DNA of 53,065 nt from the NCBI GenBank assembly GCA_015520605.1, contig WAPT01000011.1, forward strand, positions 1 to 53,065. Reading direction: 5' to 3'. Below the pieces are notes generated by a model, which made no database searches, was not told where the DNA came from, and worked only from the letters and a program-made list of their open reading frames with translations. A program made the translations under genes and the position numbers. The DNA comes from Nanobdellati archaeon. GTDB taxonomy: Archaea; EX4484-52; WAPT01. Shown piece by piece: positions 26,647 to 34,569 of the stretch; within the stretch, counting starts at the first letter, position 1, and every line of letters starts with the position of its first letter.

Positions 26647-27969
26647 ATGGAAGTCATGGAAATAAATTTGGAAGATCGCTCTTTCGAAACTTATGAACTG
26701 GACGAAAAATTATTTTATGATAGGTTAGGGGGGCGAGGATTGGGACTCCACTTCCTCAAAAGGGAAAAAGATTGTATAGCGATATTGAGAGGTGTTCTGA
26801 GTAAGGTCCCGGGAATCCCAGGAAGAGCCTGTGCATGTTATGTTTCCCCAAAAACTAAAGGAGTTTTTTATTCAAATTCTGGTGGAAATATACAATGGAT
26901 GAAACCATATGCAATTATTTTGAAAGGGAAAAGTGAAAATAAAGTGATATTGAAAATTGATGAGAGAAAGGTCGAATTTTTGGATGGGGGATCTATATGG
27001 GATTTGGATGTATGTGAAACTTTCAATGTGTTGGGAGAAAAGTTCAAACATCATATCATTTTGAGTATCGGGAATGCAAATAACATTAATGAATGTTTAT
27101 CGAACAACAAACACGGATTCTTTGGGAGGGGCGGCTTGGGTTATTTATTAAGAGAAAAAAATGTGAAAGCGTTCGTGATCGAAACGAACAACGGATTCAG
27201 CACAAAACCAACCGAAAAATATTACGAGATTTACAAACTTCTCATTAAAAAACTAAAAGAAAATAAAATAATAAACGAGTTGTCGGAGGGCGGAACTGTA
27301 GGTATGCTTCTCAAAGAACTCGGGGCTAGAGGATTGTTGCCTGTTGCGATGAAATATGAGAAATATTTAAGTGAATGGTTCAAACACAAAAAAATCAACA
27401 GGGGGTGTTTGGGCTGTCCGATTCAATGTAAAAAGAACTTTGAATTCTGGGGAGGGTTGATTTCGTTTTATTTTCAGGGAATGCGGGATCTAATTGAGAT
27501 CGAAAATTCATACAGGGAATACAATCAATTAGGTATCGATACAGTTTCCGACGATAATCTCCATGTTATTGATAATCGTAACAAAATTGCTAGATTATCG
27601 CTGGCAACAAGTAATCGGGGCGATGTTAACCAGCTAATCTTAACCAAACTGTTCAGAGAAGATATGAAAATGGAGAACATAGACGCCGTAAATTACATAA
27701 TTTCTGTCCAAAATGAAATCGCGGTATTGGACAGTCTGGTTACATGTGGGTTTACTTTATATGCGTGGGATTTGCATGATTATTCCAAAATTCTGGAATC
27801 TTTGGGTTATTCATTTACTGAAGCTGAATTGAGCAAATTCGGAGAAAAAATCTACAAGGAAGAGATAGAATTGAATAAAAAACTTGGATTTAAATACAAA
27901 ATTGGAGTCTGTGAAGAACATCTCATGAAAGAATATTTTAAGAAAAGAGGAACATTCATACGATTATAA
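26647..27969 (+). CDS. short, divergent aldehyde:ferredoxin oxidoreductase (AOR)-family protein
   Basis: N-terminus INLEDRSFETYELDEKLFYDRLGGRGLG (AFOR_N-like), [4Fe-4S] motif CLGCPIQC (CxxCxxxC), a distal Cys in DSLVTCGF, and QLGIDT. It is 440 aa versus ~600 aa for typical AORs. Very AT-rich. Confidence 0.6.
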   Translation: MEVMEINLEDRSFETYELDEKLFYDRLGGRGLGLHFLKREKDCIAILRGVLSKVPGIPGRACACYVSPKTKGVFYSNSGGNIQWMKPYAIILKGKSENKVILKIDERKVEFLDGGSIWDLDVCETFNVLGEKFKHHIILSIGNANNINECLSNNKHGFFGRGGLGYLLREKNVKAFVIETNNGFSTKPTEKYYEIYKLLIKKLKENKIINELSEGGTVGMLLKELGARGLLPVAMKYEKYLSEWFKHKKINRGCLGCPIQCKKNFEFWGGLISFYFQGMRDLIEIENSYREYNQLGIDTVSDDNLHVIDNRNKIARLSLATSNRGDVNQLILTKLFREDMKMENIDAVNYIISVQNEIAVLDSLVTCGFTLYAWDLHDYSKILESLGYSFTEAELSKFGEKIYKEEIELNKKLGFKYKIGVCEEHLMKEYFKKRGTFIRL

Positions 27970-28043
27970 AAATCAATAGAATTGGACGTAAAAATATTTT
28001 GGTTTTTTTAAGAAACAATAAAAACTAAAAATAAAGAAAATAA

Positions 28044-28072
28044 ACGGAAAAATCCCTGCCGGGCTTTTCCGT
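28044..28072. terminator. hairpin between the convergent AOR-like and thermosome genes
   Basis: ACGGAAAA (28044-28051) pairs with TTTTCCGT (28065-28072). It is flanked by A/T runs and abuts the thermosome stop codon. Confidence 0.35.
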
Positions 28073-29700
28073 TACTCGAACTCATTGTCGAAGTAATCAC
28101 CGCCCTTTCCCTTGTCCTCACTGGTTTTCTTTGCGGCGATGACATCGTCTATCCTCAATATCATTTCTGCAGCTTCCGCAGCACTTTTTATCGCTTGTGT
28201 CTTTACTTTGAGCGGTTCTATGACCCCAACTTTCTCCATGTCTGTGACTTCATTATTCATGACGTCGACGCCAGCCGAAATCTCTCCTTTTTCATGTCTG
28301 GCTCTGAGTTCAACCAGCGTATCTATCGGATCCATTCCTGCATTCTCTGCAAGTGTCTTCGGTATCACCTCGAGACCATTCGCGAAAGCCATTATTGCGA
28401 GTTGCTCTCTTCCACCAACACTCTCGCCGTACTTCCTGAGCTCCTTTGCAACTTCAGACTCAGTTGCTCCTCCCCCAGGCACAACCTTCCCGCTTTCAAG
28501 CGCTGAGGCCACGGCTCCGAGGGCGTCCTCAACAGCCCTGTAAACCTCCTCCACGACATGTTCTGTACCTCCTCTCACGAGTATCGTTACTGACTTCGGA
28601 TCCTTGCAGTCCCTCACGAATATCATGGCATCCCCTGTAATCTTTTTCTCCTCTACAAGCCCCGCATAGCCCAGATCATCCTCGGTGAGGTCGTCGAGGC
28701 TTGTCACTATCTTTGCACCGGTTGCCCTTGCAAGAGCTTCCATATCGGATTTTTTAACCCTTCTCACCGCAAGTATTCCCTTCTTTGTTAGGAAATGCTG
28801 AGCGAGGTCATCTATGCCTTTCTGGCAGAAGACCACATTCGCTCCCGTGGCTGCTATTTTTTCCACCATCTCCCGTATCATCTTTTCTTCCTGCTCTATA
28901 AACGCCTGCAATTGATCGGGAGCTGTTATCCTTATCTGGGCATCAGTTTCGGGTCCCTTAACTTCAAAGGCGGCATCTATTAGGGCTATCTTGGCGTCCT
29001 TCACCTTGGTTGGCATGGCCGGGTGTACTTTTTCCTTATCAAGCACGATACCTTTTATTAGCTCCGATTCCGATGTGGAAGCACCCTCCTTCTTTTCGAG
29101 CTTTATTCTGTCAAGATCAACCACAACCTTACCTTCGGATTCTTCAGCAACGGTGGAAACGGCTTCAACAACCAGATCGGCAAGGTTTTCCCTCGCCACT
29201 TCGGCATTTTTTCCTGTCATTGCGGTCATTGCTATCTTCTTCAACATATCGACATCTTTTAGTGTTACAGATTTACCCATTTTGTCTAGTATATCCAGAG
29301 CTTTGTCTTTAGCTATTCGGTACCCTCTAGCTATTACTGTCGGGTGAATATTCTGATCGAGCAACTGTTCGGCTTCTCTGAGAAGTTCCCCCGCGATAAC
29401 AACAGCGGTTGTGGTCCCATCCCCCACTTCCTCGTTCTGAGCCTTGGCCACTTCGACCAGCATTTTAGCGGCTGGATGCTCTATTTCCATCTCCTCGAGA
29501 ATTGTAACGCCGTCGTTGGTTATCACGATGTCTCCGAGGCTGTCCACCAGCATTTTGTCCATTCCTTTCGGGCCGAGAGTGGTCTTCACAGTCTCAGCGA
29601 GCGCTATGGCAGCCGCTATGTTGCTTTTTTGCGCGGCTTTACCTGTCTGTCTCATAACATTTTCAGGCAGTATCAACACCGGCTGAAGCTGCCCTACCAT
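28072..29700 (-). CDS. ths: thermosome (group II chaperonin) subunit
   Basis: [28 protein letters not shown] and VPGGGATE motifs. Start set to ATG 29700, 6 nt downstream of the AGGAGGTG RBS (29707-29714). Confidence 0.9.
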   Translation of the reverse strand: MVGQLQPVLILPENVMRQTGKAAQKSNIAAAIALAETVKTTLGPKGMDKMLVDSLGDIVITNDGVTILEEMEIEHPAAKMLVEVAKAQNEEVGDGTTTAVVIAGELLREAEQLLDQNIHPTVIARGYRIAKDKALDILDKMGKSVTLKDVDMLKKIAMTAMTGKNAEVARENLADLVVEAVSTVAEESEGKVVVDLDRIKLEKKEGASTSESELIKGIVLDKEKVHPAMPTKVKDAKIALIDAAFEVKGPETDAQIRITAPDQLQAFIEQEEKMIREMVEKIAATGANVVFCQKGIDDLAQHFLTKKGILAVRRVKKSDMEALARATGAKIVTSLDDLTEDDLGYAGLVEEKKITGDAMIFVRDCKDPKSVTILVRGGTEHVVEEVYRAVEDALGAVASALESGKVVPGGGATESEVAKELRKYGESVGGREQLAIMAFANGLEVIPKTLAENAGMDPIDTLVELRARHEKGEISAGVDVMNNEVTDMEKVGVIEPLKVKTQAIKSAAEAAEMILRIDDVIAAKKTSEDKGKGGDYFDNEFE

Positions 29701-29730
29701 GCACATCACCTCCTGGTTGTATTTTCAATT

Positions 29731-29799
29731 TTTATGTTCATGTCGGTATACGAGAATAAGCTGAGAAATTTTAAATACTTTATGTTCATGTCGGTATAC
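29731..29799. promoter_or_regulatory. two perfect 21-bp direct repeats in the thermosome/HIT divergent promoter region
   Basis: TTTATGTTCATGTCGGTATAC occurs at 29731-29751 and 29779-29799. The copies flank a TTTAAATA box (29770-29777). On the thermosome strand each copy ends in ...CATAAA followed by A/T-rich sequence. Confidence 0.5.
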
Positions 29800-29886
29800 A
29801 AAAAAACAGTCAAACTTATATTAATGTTAGTAACTCAATTTTATTTATATAACAATAAAAATGAAATGTTCCTGAGGAGATTGAGT

Positions 29887-30366
29887 ATGGATCGTGGTTT
29901 GGAACAAAGGGAGGGTGTGGCACCACCCACTGAACACAACTACGAAGGGCCTCAAAATTGTGTGTTCTGTCAGATAGTTGCCGGAAAGATCCCAGCTATG
30001 ATCATTGACGAGAACAGCAGCTTTATTGCAGCTCTCGACATAAATCCCAGAGCGGAGGGGCATGTAGTTATTTTCAGCAAGCGTCACTTCCGTTATTTTG
30101 AAGAGATGGACATAAAAGAGATGGCGGAGTACGCGCAGTTCATAAAGGCGATAATCAGAAAAATGAGGAGAAAGCTGGCGATAACGGGATACACCATCAT
30201 CAGCCAGAATGGATTTTCCAGTGGACAAACAGCGGGACATTTTGTAACACACATTATTCCGACTTATGCCAAAAAACGCAAAATCATTGACCTACTATCG
30301 ACAGTTCCGGTTCTCGATGTAGCTCCCGCAGTGATGGGCGTGATCTGCAACACTTTAAGAGAATAA
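29887..30366 (+). CDS. HIT-family protein with a degenerate histidine triad
   Basis: Start trimmed to ATG 29887 (GAGGAG RBS). CVFCQI zinc-like motif. The triad region GHFVTHIIP aligns to HxHxHxx with the middle His replaced by Val. Confidence 0.7.
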   Translation: MDRGLEQREGVAPPTEHNYEGPQNCVFCQIVAGKIPAMIIDENSSFIAALDINPRAEGHVVIFSKRHFRYFEEMDIKEMAEYAQFIKAIIRKMRRKLAITGYTIISQNGFSSGQTAGHFVTHIIPTYAKKRKIIDLLSTVPVLDVAPAVMGVICNTLRE

Positions 30367-30391
30367 AAATCTTCCCGGGGGATTAAACGGC

Positions 30392-31033
30392 ATGGGGGCA
30401 AAGAAATCTTCAGAGTTTCAGAGGGAAGAAGGAGAGGACAGGGATCGTGTTCTGATCATTGATCTTGAGGAAACCGTTGTTAGCGATGGTAATCCTGTGG
30501 AAGACGCCGTCAAGTTCCTTGAGAAGGTTAGAAACCAGTTTGTCACGGTTCTTCTCAGCAACCACACAGAAGCGAGGATAAGGGAGATACTGAGCACGCA
30601 TCTATTGTTCCCTTATTTTGATCTTGTAGTTAGCGCAACCGACTATGACATGAAAAAACCTGACCCCAGAATAGTAGGGGTGATAAGAGCTCTGCTGCAC
30701 GACAAGTTAGGCAAAGATTTCCCTCACGAGAATTTCTGGATCGTGGGGGACAGACCGGATAAAGATGTTCTCCTTGGAAGGAAGGCCGGGATAAAAACCA
30801 TAAGAGTCAGGCGTGGAAGGTATGCTGATATGGATGCAGAATTCGAGGAGGAGAGAGCTGATTACGAAGTCTCAAGCCTGACTGAAGCGCTGGAAATACT
30901 CACAGGTAGCATTTCTCCTGCCAGGAAAAGGAGAAGGAAAAGCAGGAGCACAACCACTGATATCGGGAAGAAAGAGGAAAAGTACAGTAAAGAGAAGAAG
31001 GGTAGCAGACGGGGGAGGAAGAAAAAAGAATAA
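30392..31033 (+). CDS. HAD-superfamily hydrolase with a Lys/Arg-rich C-terminal tail
   Basis: Motif I is IIDLEETVV (DxE rather than DxD) and motif IV is VGDRPDKDV. The tail is ARKRRRKSRS...SRRGRKKKE. Confidence 0.6.
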   Translation: MGAKKSSEFQREEGEDRDRVLIIDLEETVVSDGNPVEDAVKFLEKVRNQFVTVLLSNHTEARIREILSTHLLFPYFDLVVSATDYDMKKPDPRIVGVIRALLHDKLGKDFPHENFWIVGDRPDKDVLLGRKAGIKTIRVRRGRYADMDAEFEEERADYEVSSLTEALEILTGSISPARKRRRKSRSTTTDIGKKEEKYSKEKKGSRRGRKKKE

Positions 31034-31059
31034 AAGATCGATGAGTCTATTGAGAGAGC

Positions 31060-31998
31060 ATGGAGCCAAACATCTTAATATCGGATCAGGTGCTTTTTGC
31101 CATAGCTTTATTGACTGGAGTGGTTGGAGCGCTTTACGATCTAAAAACAACGGAAATTCCCGATTACGTACCATTCTTCGGATTTTTGGCAGCTTTGATC
31201 ATTTATATTGCTCGAGGTATTGCTGGTTACGGGTGGGGAGATGTTTTTATAGCGCTTTTCACCGCTATAATTTTTCTTGCTTTCGGTTATGCACTTTTCT
31301 ATTTAGGACAATGGGGGGAAGCTGACGTGCTGCTCCTTGCAGCCATGGGTTTCGCTGTTCCCAAACCGTTGAGTTTCTTCAACCCGAATCTGACTCAGGT
31401 CGGAGGAATATGGTTCTACCCGCTTGCGTTCCTTCTGAACAGCTTTGTGATCGGAGCAGCCTACTCCATAGCCTTTGCTATAGCCTATGCTCTGGTATTC
31501 GGGGAGGAGAGGAAAAAACTCCTCCTGAAGTGCTTTGAGGGGATGAAGGTCAAAGCCGCAATATCCTCCATACCTCTGCTGATGGGGATGGCAGCGTACT
31601 TTGTTATCATGAAATATGACATCTCTCTTGGTAAGAGCATATTGATGGAGAGTTGCAAGTATTCTGCAATGATGTTCGCCATGTTCATCCTCTTCAACTT
31701 TGCGAGGTATGTCGATAGAGAGGTGTTCATGCGCTACATCCCCGTGGAGAACCTCAAAGAGGGTGATGTGCTTGCCGAGGACATCGTAGCAGGCAGGAGA
31801 AAATTCAGCTCAAAACTCTTTGTTGGCCTCACAAAAAATGATGTAGAGACGATAAAGAAAGCATGGAAGGCTGGAAGGCTCGAGTCAGCGAGGGAGAATA
31901 TGATAAGAATTAAGGAAGGTGTGAGGTATGCCTCGACCTTTCCGCTTACTCTTCTTTTCACAGCAAAATACGGGTTCATTTTATTTTATCTACTCTGA
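31060..31998 (+). CDS. A24-family aspartic peptidase (archaeal preflagellin/prepilin peptidase, FlaK/PibD-like)
   Basis: YDLKTTEIPDY (first Asp motif) and GQWGEADVLLLAAMG (second Asp motif). Polytopic, with a C-terminal extra domain. Confidence 0.65.
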   Translation: MEPNILISDQVLFAIALLTGVVGALYDLKTTEIPDYVPFFGFLAALIIYIARGIAGYGWGDVFIALFTAIIFLAFGYALFYLGQWGEADVLLLAAMGFAVPKPLSFFNPNLTQVGGIWFYPLAFLLNSFVIGAAYSIAFAIAYALVFGEERKKLLLKCFEGMKVKAAISSIPLLMGMAAYFVIMKYDISLGKSILMESCKYSAMMFAMFILFNFARYVDREVFMRYIPVENLKEGDVLAEDIVAGRRKFSSKLFVGLTKNDVETIKKAWKAGRLESARENMIRIKEGVRYASTFPLTLLFTAKYGFILFYLL

Positions 31999-33384
31999 GC
32001 TGTTCACTCCGGTATTATTGCCTTTATTTGTCCTGCCCTTTCTCATCCTTGCTGGCATTTTTCTCCTTCCTTTTCCCCTCTCTTTGAGGTAGAGCGCATA
32101 TCTTTTCAGCGTATAGGTTAGGGGGTTTCTTATGCTCTCACACAGGCCGTCCTTCTCACATATTTTGAGATCAAGATAGTAATCTGTATTGTTGCAGTTG
32201 GGGGGGATGTACGCTGTGGATTTCTTGAAAGCGTATTTCAGCTGGCTCCTTATGTAGGACTCTCGCAGAGGTTCTTTATTTCTGGAGTTCCATTCCCATA
32301 CAATCTTTTCAATCTCTTCCGAGCTCCACCTCATGAGCTTTAGAAAGTTTATCAAAATGAAGAGGAATCTCTTCCTTCCGTCTTCCAATCCCTGAAGACC
32401 CTTCTTTATACAAGGAGGGAAGAAGGCTGCATCCACCCTTCCCTTAACATACTTCTCAACGCTGACCTCACTGAATCCCCGAGCAATGCCATACTCCTCA
32501 GCTATAGGCTTTGTGTGTTGTAAAGCATACCTTCCTGCAAAGTCGAGCGCTTCATAAACCAAGTTCTCAGCTTCCCCCTCTTTCCATGAGGTTAAAAAAC
32601 CTGCCCGCACCTTCACGTTCTCGATCTTAGTCATCTCGGGGTCAAAAGAAGGCAACTCATCCGGACTTATGGGGAGACTAACAAGCCACGTTTTCTCGTT
32701 CAGAGAGAGCGGAGCTCTGAAAAGGTGTCTCACAGACCAGTTCTCCTCTATCTCCATTATGTTGTAAGGGTTCATATCACCCTCATCTGTAACGATCTTT
32801 TCATAGATATCAGGATGTCTTCTAACAAGAGCCTCGGCAAGCCGCTCCTTTATGAGATGCTTAAGATATCTTGCTATGCTCTGGAGAAGTTCGGGATAAA
32901 GTTCCTCGATGGGCTTACCCTCCACCTCCCTCGGCATGGATTCAAAAGGCACCGCCACATGAAAACCTCTACTTCCGGAAAATTTCACGAAGACGTTTTT
33001 TATTCCGTGAGCTCTGAGAGCTTTTATCAACATCTCGGCCGCACACTTACCATAAACGTAACCTTCGTTGCAGTCTATATCTAGTATAAGATCCCAGCCC
33101 GAGCGTAAAGCTGAAAGCTCGTCCTGTTTGAGGCCTTCCGAAAGCTTCAACGGATCGTGCCATCTTTCCACAGACATGTGAAAGGATGTTGCCCCATTTA
33201 GAATCATAGTTTTGAGGTCTCCAGGCATGCTGAGCATATCGGGCCTCTTACCGTATTTCCCGTTATAGACAGGCACGAATTCCCTTCCTCTGGCAACCCT
33301 GAATATGAAATCCATAACATCCTCTCTGGCATAATAGTTTCTTATTTCGGCAGGAGAAGGCCTCTCAACCTTAGGAAGTTGCAT
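31990..33384 (-). CDS. archaeo-eukaryotic primase: PriS-like catalytic domain fused to a PriL-CTD-like four-Cys domain
   Basis: DLILDIDC (DxD) and FSGSRGFHV are AEP motifs. The C-terminal half has FFPPCIKKGL..GRKRFLFILINFL plus Cys in PPNC, KIC and GLC. Basic tail. Confidence 0.65.
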   Translation of the reverse strand: MQLPKVERPSPAEIRNYYAREDVMDFIFRVARGREFVPVYNGKYGKRPDMLSMPGDLKTMILNGATSFHMSVERWHDPLKLSEGLKQDELSALRSGWDLILDIDCNEGYVYGKCAAEMLIKALRAHGIKNVFVKFSGSRGFHVAVPFESMPREVEGKPIEELYPELLQSIARYLKHLIKERLAEALVRRHPDIYEKIVTDEGDMNPYNIMEIEENWSVRHLFRAPLSLNEKTWLVSLPISPDELPSFDPEMTKIENVKVRAGFLTSWKEGEAENLVYEALDFAGRYALQHTKPIAEEYGIARGFSEVSVEKYVKGRVDAAFFPPCIKKGLQGLEDGRKRFLFILINFLKLMRWSSEEIEKIVWEWNSRNKEPLRESYIRSQLKYAFKKSTAYIPPNCNNTDYYLDLKICEKDGLCESIRNPLTYTLKRYALYLKERGKGRRKMPARMRKGRTNKGNNTGVNSSE

Positions 33385-33459
33385 AATGAATCCAGCATTT
33401 CGGAACTTTTAATATGTTTGTTAACAACCTAAACCCGATACAACTGTTGAGGTGATCCC

Positions 33460-33817
33460 ATGAGTGATGTTCTTTATGGGATTAACATGCCGAGAAGTAA
33501 TGACCCGGCAGAGATGAGCGAGTTTGAAAGGAAACATGCTGTAAACCTGAAGGTTGTGGTGTTTGACGAGGAACACAACAGAGCTTTTTTGAGAGTGGAG
33601 GTTGGAAAACATCTAAAGCATCCAAACGATCCGGGACATTTCATTCAATGAATCGAGATCTATGTTAACGATACTCTGGTTGTAAGAATTGACGCAACAG
33701 CATCGTTTGGTTTTCCATTAGTAGAGGTGATGGTGAGAGCAAAAAGGAGACGCCATTTTCGCGAGAGCGAGACGCAATCTCCACGGCACGTGGATGAGCG
33801 GGAGAATGAACATTTAA
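33460..33817 (+). pseudogene. decayed superoxide reductase (neelaredoxin-type 1Fe-SOR)
   Basis: ERKHAVNL and GKHLKHPNDPGHFIQ match the SOR His ligands. There is an in-frame TGA (33649-33651) where the family has W/Y (H.I.W/YIEL), a +1 frameshift in the A5 run (33741-33745), and RNLHGTW where the family has CN.HG.W (Cys ligand codon is CGC at 33773-33775). Confidence 0.7.
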
Positions 33818-33843
33818 TTATCCTGTATCCATTCAAGACCACA

Positions 33844-33999
33844 TCAGTAAATCTTGTAAGCGTGCTTACAGGGTTTGCCATCCCAGCTACATTTCTTTTT
33901 ACAGCACTCTAGGTGAACGAGCCAACCGTGATATTTGCAGAGAACGTGTCTGTGGTGAGGGAGGCTTATTTTCTCACCGCAGATAGCGCACTTGGCCAT
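33844..33999 (-). CDS. small Cys/His-rich (zinc-binding?) protein, 51 aa
   Basis: MAKCAICGEKISLPHHRHVLCKYHGWLVHLECCKKKCSWDGKPCKHAYKIY. A GAGGGTG RBS precedes ATG 33999. Confidence 0.4.
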   Translation of the reverse strand: MAKCAICGEKISLPHHRHVLCKYHGWLVHLECCKKKCSWDGKPCKHAYKIY

Positions 34000-34164
34000 T
34001 TTCCACACCCTCAAACAAAACCATGAGCCTAAAACACAATTATGCATGTCTCCCAATATAAAGGTTTTGGTAGGTTTTTTATTTGAATCTCATTAAGCTT
34101 CCCAAACAACTTTATTAATTATCATCCCAAATAACATTTTATCAGTAACGCTTAAATGATCGCT

Positions 34165-34569
34165 ATGCACGAGTGGGCTCTCGCTAACGGTATAGTCAGA
34201 ACTGCAATAGATTTTGCGGAAAAACACGACGGAAGAAAAGTGGTTAAAATAAGAATAGTTCTTGGGGAGCTCCAGCAAGTTAAGCAAAGCGTGCTTGAAT
34301 ACCTGATCAACGAGATAAGGAAAGAGACTATAGCGGAAGATGCCAAGTTGGAGTTTGTTGTTGAAGAGGCGGTGTTTCGGTGCAGGAAATGTGGATGCGA
34401 ATGGAAATTCTGGGATGTAAAGAACAGTCTGAATGATAGGATGAAAGAGGACGTTCACTTCATACCTGAAATTGTTCACGCTTTTGTTGAATGTCCAAAC
34501 TGTAGGAGTAGGGATTTTGAGATCGTGAAGGGTAGAGGGATTTACATCGAGAGTATAGAGATAAAGTGA
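34165..34569 (+). CDS. hypA: HypA hydrogenase nickel-insertion protein (copy 2)
   Basis: MHEWALA N-terminus. CRKCG...CPNC zinc motif. Confidence 0.8.
   Translation: MHEWALANGIVRTAIDFAEKHDGRKVVKIRIVLGELQQVKQSVLEYLINEIRKETIAEDAKLEFVVEEAVFRCRKCGCEWKFWDVKNSLNDRMKEDVHFIPEIVHAFVECPNCRSRDFEIVKGRGIYIESIEIK

Noticed and set aside
26624-26653. A third, degenerate copy of the 28-nt repeat
   Set aside because: Only the ends (GTTTTAA...ATGGAAG) match, the spacing is irregular (28 nt), and it overlaps the ORF start. It is not counted as a repeat unit.
28112-29686. Multiple 60-143-aa ORFs on the + strand inside the thermosome gene
   Set aside because: They are antisense to a full-length, motif-rich chaperonin ORF. 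Their low-complexity Ser/Ala/Thr translations are typical of shadow frames.
29344-29886. N-terminal 181 codons of the 340-aa track ORF upstream of the HIT domain
   Set aside because: This part overlaps the thermosome gene and the promoter repeats and has no protein-like features. A GAGGAG RBS and ATG at 29887 give a normal-sized HIT protein.
33649-33651. TGA in the SOR gene as selenocysteine or programmed read-through
   Set aside because: The position corresponds to Trp/Tyr, not Cys/Sec. A frameshift and loss of the Cys ligand occur downstream, so decay is the simpler reading.
34093-34479. 128-aa minus-strand ORF
   Set aside because: It is antisense to hypA (MHEW start, zinc motif).
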